64,000 nt of DNA from the human T2T-CHM13v2.0 reference genome, Homo sapiens: the NCBI RefSeq assembly GCF_009914755.1, contig NC_060928.1, one strand, 5' to 3'. Below, piece after piece: positions 55,130 to 64,000 of the stretch. Each line of letters begins with the position of its first letter. Within the stretch, counting starts at the first letter, position 1. The position numbers and the translations under genes were made by a program. Under the pieces are notes generated by a model that saw nothing but the letters and a program-made list of their open reading frames with translations, had not been told where the DNA came from and did no database searches.

Positions 55130-55934
55130 TTTCCTTTTCTTCTCTTTTCTTTTCTTTCGCTTTCCTTTCTTTTCTCTCTCTCTCTCTCTCTTTCTTTCTT
55201 TATCATACTTTAAATTCTAGGGTACATGTGCAGAACCTGCAGGTTTGTTACATTGTCATGTTGGTTTGCTGCACCCAACAACTTGTCATTTACATTAGGT
55301 ATTTCTCCTAATGCTATCCCTCCCCCAGCCCCCCACCCAACAGGCCCCAGTGTGTGATGTTCCCCACCCTGTGTCCATGTGTTCTCGTTGTTCAACTCCC
55401 ACCTATGTGTGAGAACATGCGGTGTTTGGTTTTCTGTCCTTGTGATAGTTTGCTGAGAATGATGGTTTCCAGCTTCATCTATGTCCCTGCAAAGGACATG
55501 AACTCATCCTTTTTTATGGCTGCATAGTATTCCATGGTGTATATGTGCCATATTTTCTGATGGACATTTGGGTTGGTTCCAAGTCTTTGCTATTGTAAAT
55601 GGTGCTGCAATAAACATATGTATGCATGTCTCTTTATAGCAGCATGATTGATAATCCTTTGGGTATATACCCAGTAATGGGATCACTGGATCAAATGGTA
55701 TTTCTGGTTCTGGATCCTTGAGGAATTGCCACATTATCTTCCACAATGGTTGAACTAATTTACACTCCCACCAACAGTGTAAAAGCTTTCCTATTTCTCC
55801 ACATCCTCTCCAGCATCTGTTGTTTCCTGACTTTTTAATGATCGCCATTCTAACTCCTGTGAGATGCTATCTCACTGTGGTTTTGATTTGCATTTCTCTG
55901 ATGACCAGTGATAATGAGCATTTTTTCATATGTC
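55130..55934 (-). mobile_element. 5'-truncated L1PA (approx. PA6/7) inside ORF1 of the L1MA2-like element
   Basis: ORF2 C-terminal peptide 55504-55848; pyrimidine-rich tail; TSD ggcaacagaattttc / ggcaatagacttttc. Confidence 0.92.
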
Positions 55935-56740
55935 GGCAATAGACTTTTCAGTGGAAACCTTATAGGCCAGGAGAGTATGGTGTAACATATATAAACTGCT
56001 GGAGGAAAAAAATCTTTTATTTTAGAACAGTATATTCAGTGAAAATATCCTTCAAACAGTAAGGAGAAATAAAGACTTTTCCAGAGAAACAAAAGTTGAG
56101 GGATTTCATTAACACCAGACCTGTCCTACAAGAAATGCTAAAGGGAGTTCCTCAATTTGAAAGAAAAGGATGTTAATGAGCAATAAGAAATTATCTGAAG
56201 GTACAAAACTTACTGTTAATAGTAAGCACACAGAAAAACACAGAATTTTATAACACAGTAATTGTGGTGTCTAAATTACTCATATTTTGAGTAGAAAGAC
56301 TAAAAGATGAACCAGTCAAACATAATAACTACAACTTCTCGAGACATAGACAGCATAATAACACATAAACTGAAACAACAAAAAGTTAAAAATTAGGGGT
56401 GGGGGGGTGAAGTAAAGTGTAGAGTTTTTATTAATTTTCTCTTTGCTTGTTTGTTTGTTTTGATGACAACTGTTAAGTTGTCATCAGAAAAAATAATAGG
56501 TTTTAAGATTATTTGCAAGCCTTATGGTAACCTCAAATCAAAAAACATACAATAGATACACAAAAGACAAAAAGCAAAAAATTAAAACACACCACCAGAG
56601 AAAATCACATTCACTAAAAAGAAGACAAAAGGGAAAAGAAAGAAGAGACCAAAAAACAACCAGAAAACAAGTAACAAAGTGGCAGGAGTAACTCCCTACT
56701 TGTCAATAATAACATTGACTATAAAGGGACTAAGCTTTTC

Positions 56741-59695
<2,955 letters not shown>

Positions 59696-60490
59696 GGACT
59701 AAGCTTTTCAGTCAAAAGACATAGGGTGGCTGAATGGGTTAAAAGAAAAAAAAAGACATAATGATTTTTTGCCTAGAAGAAACACAATTCACGTATAAAG
59801 ACACACACACAGACTGAAAAAAAAGGGATAGAAAAAGATAGTCCATGCAAACAGAAACCAAAATAGAGCAGGAGTAGTTACACTTAACATCAGATAAAAT
59901 AGATTTCAAGACAAAAACTATCAAAAGAGGCAAAGAAGGTAATTATATAATAATAAAGGGGTCAATTCAGCAAGAAGATATAAATTGCAAATATATATGC
60001 ATTTAACACGGGATATATAAAGCAAATATTATTAGAGCTAAAGAGAGATAGACCTCAACACAGTAATAGTTGGAGGCTTCAACACCTTACTTTCAGCATT
60101 GGAAAGGTCTTTCAGATAGAAAATCAACAAAGAAACATGTGACTTAATCTGCACTATAGACCCTTTAGAAAGGGTAGAAAGGAGTGGGGAGGGACGGGGA
60201 TAGTTAATGGGTACAAAAATATAGTTAGATAGAATGAATAAGATCTGATATTTGATAGCACAACAGGGTGACCGCAGTAAACAATTTACTATACATTTAA
60301 AAACAACTAAAAGGGTATAATTGGATGGTTTATAACATAAAGAAAGGATAAATGCTTGAGGTGATAGATACCCAATTTGTCCTGATGTGATTAGTATGAA
60401 TTTAAAATATCAAAATACCTCATCTAGGTACATACTATGTACCCACAACATTTAAAAATAAAAAAATCAACATAAATAAATAAAGGAAAT

Positions 60491-63400
60491 GCTAACGTTT
60501 TACAGTGTGTGATTTTGGATTTTCATCAATGGATATGCTGAATCCTCCCCAGCATTTGATAATTTTATTTTTAAAAAAGTTAGTAATTTTATTAGATGGA
60601 TAGTGGAATATTACTGTGGTTTTAATTTGATTTTTTATAACTTGATAATATGAAGTGTCTTTAAATGTGTTATCAGTTTATCTTCTTTGGTGAAGCATTT
60701 GTTTGATATTTTCCTCATTTTTTAATTTGGTTGTTTGCCTTCTTATATTGTGTATACAAGTTCTTTGTCAAATATATGTTTTCTGAACATTTTCTTCTAA
60801 TCAATTGCTTGTCTTTTCATCTTTTAGGAGTGGCTTTTGTAGAATGGAAGTGTTCAATTAGAAGTCCAATTTATTTTTATTCTTGTATGGTTTGTCAGGT
60901 ATTCAATTTAAGAAACTTTTGTCTAATCCACAGTTGAAAATGTTTTATTCTATATTGTCTCTTAGAAGTTTTAGTTTTAGCTTTTACATTTAGGTCTATG
61001 GTTATTTCAAATTAATTTTTGTATATGGCATGAAGTAAACATAAAGATTCATTTCCTTTTGCATGTGAGTGTCCATTTGATCCAGCATTATTTTTTAAGT
61101 GTGATCTATAAACAAAGAACAAATGTTCTTGGCATCTTTATTGAAATTAAATTGATCGCATAAGTGTGGGTCTATTTCTGGACTCTTAATTTTATTTCAT
61201 TGATATATATAGCTATTCTTATAACAATGTCATACTATTTTGATAATGGTAGCATTTCCCTAATTAGTGAAATCAGGAAATGTGAGTCTTATAATTTTGT
61301 TTTCTTCCCCTAGATTGTTTCTGCCATGCAAATCCCTTTTTCTCTCCATATAAAATTTAAAATTAGTTTTTCAGTTTCTTGAGAGGAAGAAGGAAACCTA
61401 CTGGGATTTTGATTAGCATTGTTTTGAATCTATCTATCAATTTGAAAGAACTGACATCTTAACCAGATTGAGTCTTTTGATCTAAAATCAAGACATATAT
61501 ATCACCACTTATTTAGGTCTCTTAAAATTTCTCTCAGCAATGTTTTGTAGTGTTCAGCAAACAAATCTTGCACAACTTTTAAAGATTTATGTCTATTTCA
61601 TGTTTTTAGATACTATTGTATGTGGTATATAGTTTTTAAAATTTTCAATTCTAAAGATTGTTGCACATGTATAGAAAAATAATTTTTATACATTGATCTT
61701 ATATTTTGGGCAATGCTAAACTCATTTGGTTTAAAAGCATCATGCTAGTATTCTAGTGAGCATTCATATCATCTGTGAATAAAGACAGCTTTACCTTTTA
61801 CTTTCCAATATGAATAGGTTTTAATTATTTTTAAAACTTATTCTACTGACTAGAACCTCTGGGACTGTTGAGTAGACTTGGTGAAAGCACACATCCTTGC
61901 CTTGTTCCAGGTCTTTGGGAAAAAACACTCAACCTTTCACCATGAAGTGTAATGTGGGCAGTAGATTTTTCATAGATGTCCTTTAGCAGATTTAGAGAGT
62001 TTCCTTCCCTTTCAAATTTGCTGAGTTTTTAAAATCAAAAATAGATATTGATTTTGCCAAATGTTTTTTCAGGATCTTTTGAGTTAAACCTATTTTTTTT
62101 TCACTTTCAGTCTGTTTAAATAAATGATTATATTGATTAATTTCTGAATGTTGAGTCAATTTGCATTTCTTGGATAAACATCACTTGATCATGATGTATC
62201 ATCCTTTTTATATATTAATGTGTTAGAAATTTATTAAGTAAAAAAAAGTGCTAGAATTTTATTAAGTAAAAAAAAATCTTATCTTTATGAGGAGTATTGG
62301 TCTCTCTCTGAGTGTGTGTGTGTGTGTGTCTGTATAAAAATTACTTTGGTTTTGGCATCAGGATAATGCTGTCTCATCAAATCAGATGAGAAATATTTCC
62401 TCCTCTATTTTCTGAAAATGTCTTTATAGAATTGGCTTTTTAAAAATTCCTTAAATGTTTGATACATTCACCAGTGAAGCTATTTGAATCTGGAGTTTTC
62501 TTTATGGAAAGGTTTTTAACTATAAATTCAATTTGTAGCTAACCAAATTTCAAATAATTAGTGTCATTCCAAGAATTTCCCCATTTAATCTTGGTTTTCA
62601 AATTTATTGAAAAGTGTTACCCATACAATACTCTGTATCTTATTAATATCTGTAGGATCTATAATTATATCCCTTTGTTCATTCCTGATATTGGTTATTT
62701 GTGTCTTCTATTTTTCTAGACCAATCTGACTGGAGGTTTGTCAATTTTATTGACTCAAAGCACTAGTTTTTGTTATGATTTTCTCTATTGTTTTTCTGTT
62801 TCCTTTTCATTGATTTGTGTTCTCATCCTTAGAATTTATTTTCTTACTCTCATTCTGGGTTTAATTTGTCTTCTGTTTCTCATTACTTAAGGCAGAAGCT
62901 TACAGCATGGGTTTAAGATTTTAATATAAGTATTAATGCTATAAATTTTTCTCTGAACTCTGCTTTAGATCCATCTCATACATTTTGATATGGTATGTTT
63001 TAATTTTCATTCAACTCCACATATTTTCTAATTTTCTTTTGATTTTTTCTTTGATTCATGGATTATAAAAATATGTTGTTTAATTTACACATATGTGAAC
63101 ATTTTCCAGTCAAATGTATTTTTATTGTGGACAGAGAACTTCCACAGTATGATTGCAATTTATTTAAATTTGGTGTATTTTGTGGTCCCATATATAATCT
63201 TTCTTGATAAATATTCCACGTGCATTTGAAAATATTGTATATTTGGTTATTATGGTTTGAAAGATTCTCTAAATATCAGTTAGGTCAAGTTGGTTGATAA
63301 TGTTTTTCAAGTCTTCATGTCCTTTCTGATGTTTTTATTTGGTTGGTTGGTTACGTGTTCTATCAACTATTGAAAAAACGGTGTTGAAATCTCCAACCAT

Positions 63401-63538
63401 ATTTACAGAAATCCATCTAGGATTTCGTTCAGTTCTGTTTTCTCATTATATATTTTGCTATATCTTTTCAATGAACCATCTCCTTTATCCTCATTTAGTG
63501 TTCCTTTTTATTATAATATTTATTATTCTGAAATCTAC
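60491..63538 (-). mobile_element. Old L1M ORF2 region, continuation of the element interrupted at 52380
   Basis: tttacatttaggtctatg, gtgtgggtctatttctggactct, catccttgccttgttcc, cacttgatcatgatgtat, ccagtgaagctatttg. Confidence 0.8.
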
Positions 63539-63540
63539 CT

Positions 63541-64000
63541 TTTTAAAAATTATACTTTAAGTTCTGGGATACATGTGCAGAACATGCAGGTTTGTTACAT
63601 AGGTATACACCTGCCATGGCGGCTTGCTGCAGCCATCAACCCGTTATCTACATTAGGTATGTCTCCTAATGCTATCCCTCCACTTGCCCCCCACCCCCCG
63701 ACAGGCCCTGGTGTGTGATGTTCCCCTCCCTGTGTCCATATGTTCTCATTGTTCGACTCCCACTTATGAGTGAGAACATGCAGTGTTTGGTTTTCTCTTC
63801 CCGTGTTAGTTTGCTGAGAATGATGGTTTCCAGCTTCATCCATGTCCCTGCAAAGGACATGAACTCATCCTTTTTTATGGCTGCATAGTATTCCATGGTG
63901 TATATGTGCCACATTTTGTTTATCCAGTCTATCAATGATGGGCATTTGGGTTAATTCCAGGTCTTTGCTATTGTGAATAATGCCACAATAAACATATGTG
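63541..64000 (-). mobile_element. L1PA (approx. L1PA7) 3' end, runs off the window
   Basis: ttatactttaagttctgggatacatgtgcagaac; ORF2 C-terminus [22 protein letters not shown]. Confidence 0.93.

Noticed and set aside
62221-62277. 28-bp tandem duplication in an old L1
   Set aside because: Typical slippage between A-runs; counted only in the aggregate finding.

Overview
AT-rich primate (hominoid, most likely human) genomic DNA with no recognisable protein-coding exon, RNA gene, CpG island or CRISPR-like array. It reads as intergenic DNA or a long intron. Roughly half is transposable-element sequence: six Alus, several L1PA/L1M copies, two complete MaLR proviruses (MSTA-like, THE1A), solo LTRs, a near-full-length Tigger1, MER2, MER5, MIR and L2. 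The ORFs with recognisable products come from these repeats, and the rest look like chance frames. I found no convincing new biological system. The most notable structures are local sequence rearrangements. (i) A 46-bp piece of an L1 5'UTR is copied 1.26 kb upstream, with a microhomology and fold-back junction (Pol-theta-like scar, 52028-52088). (ii) A ~210-bp non-tandem duplication of unique DNA carries a 22-bp palindrome (6963-7175 / 8028-8236). (iii) There is a twin-primed, 5'-inverted L1PA2-like insertion. (iv) An L1MA2-like element retains both ends and a TSD but lacks most of ORF2. (v) Several multi-layer nested insertions give an insertion order. A candidate non-coding + strand exon lies at 944-1108. 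Repeat subfamily calls are from memory of consensus sequences, and boundaries of old elements are approximate.
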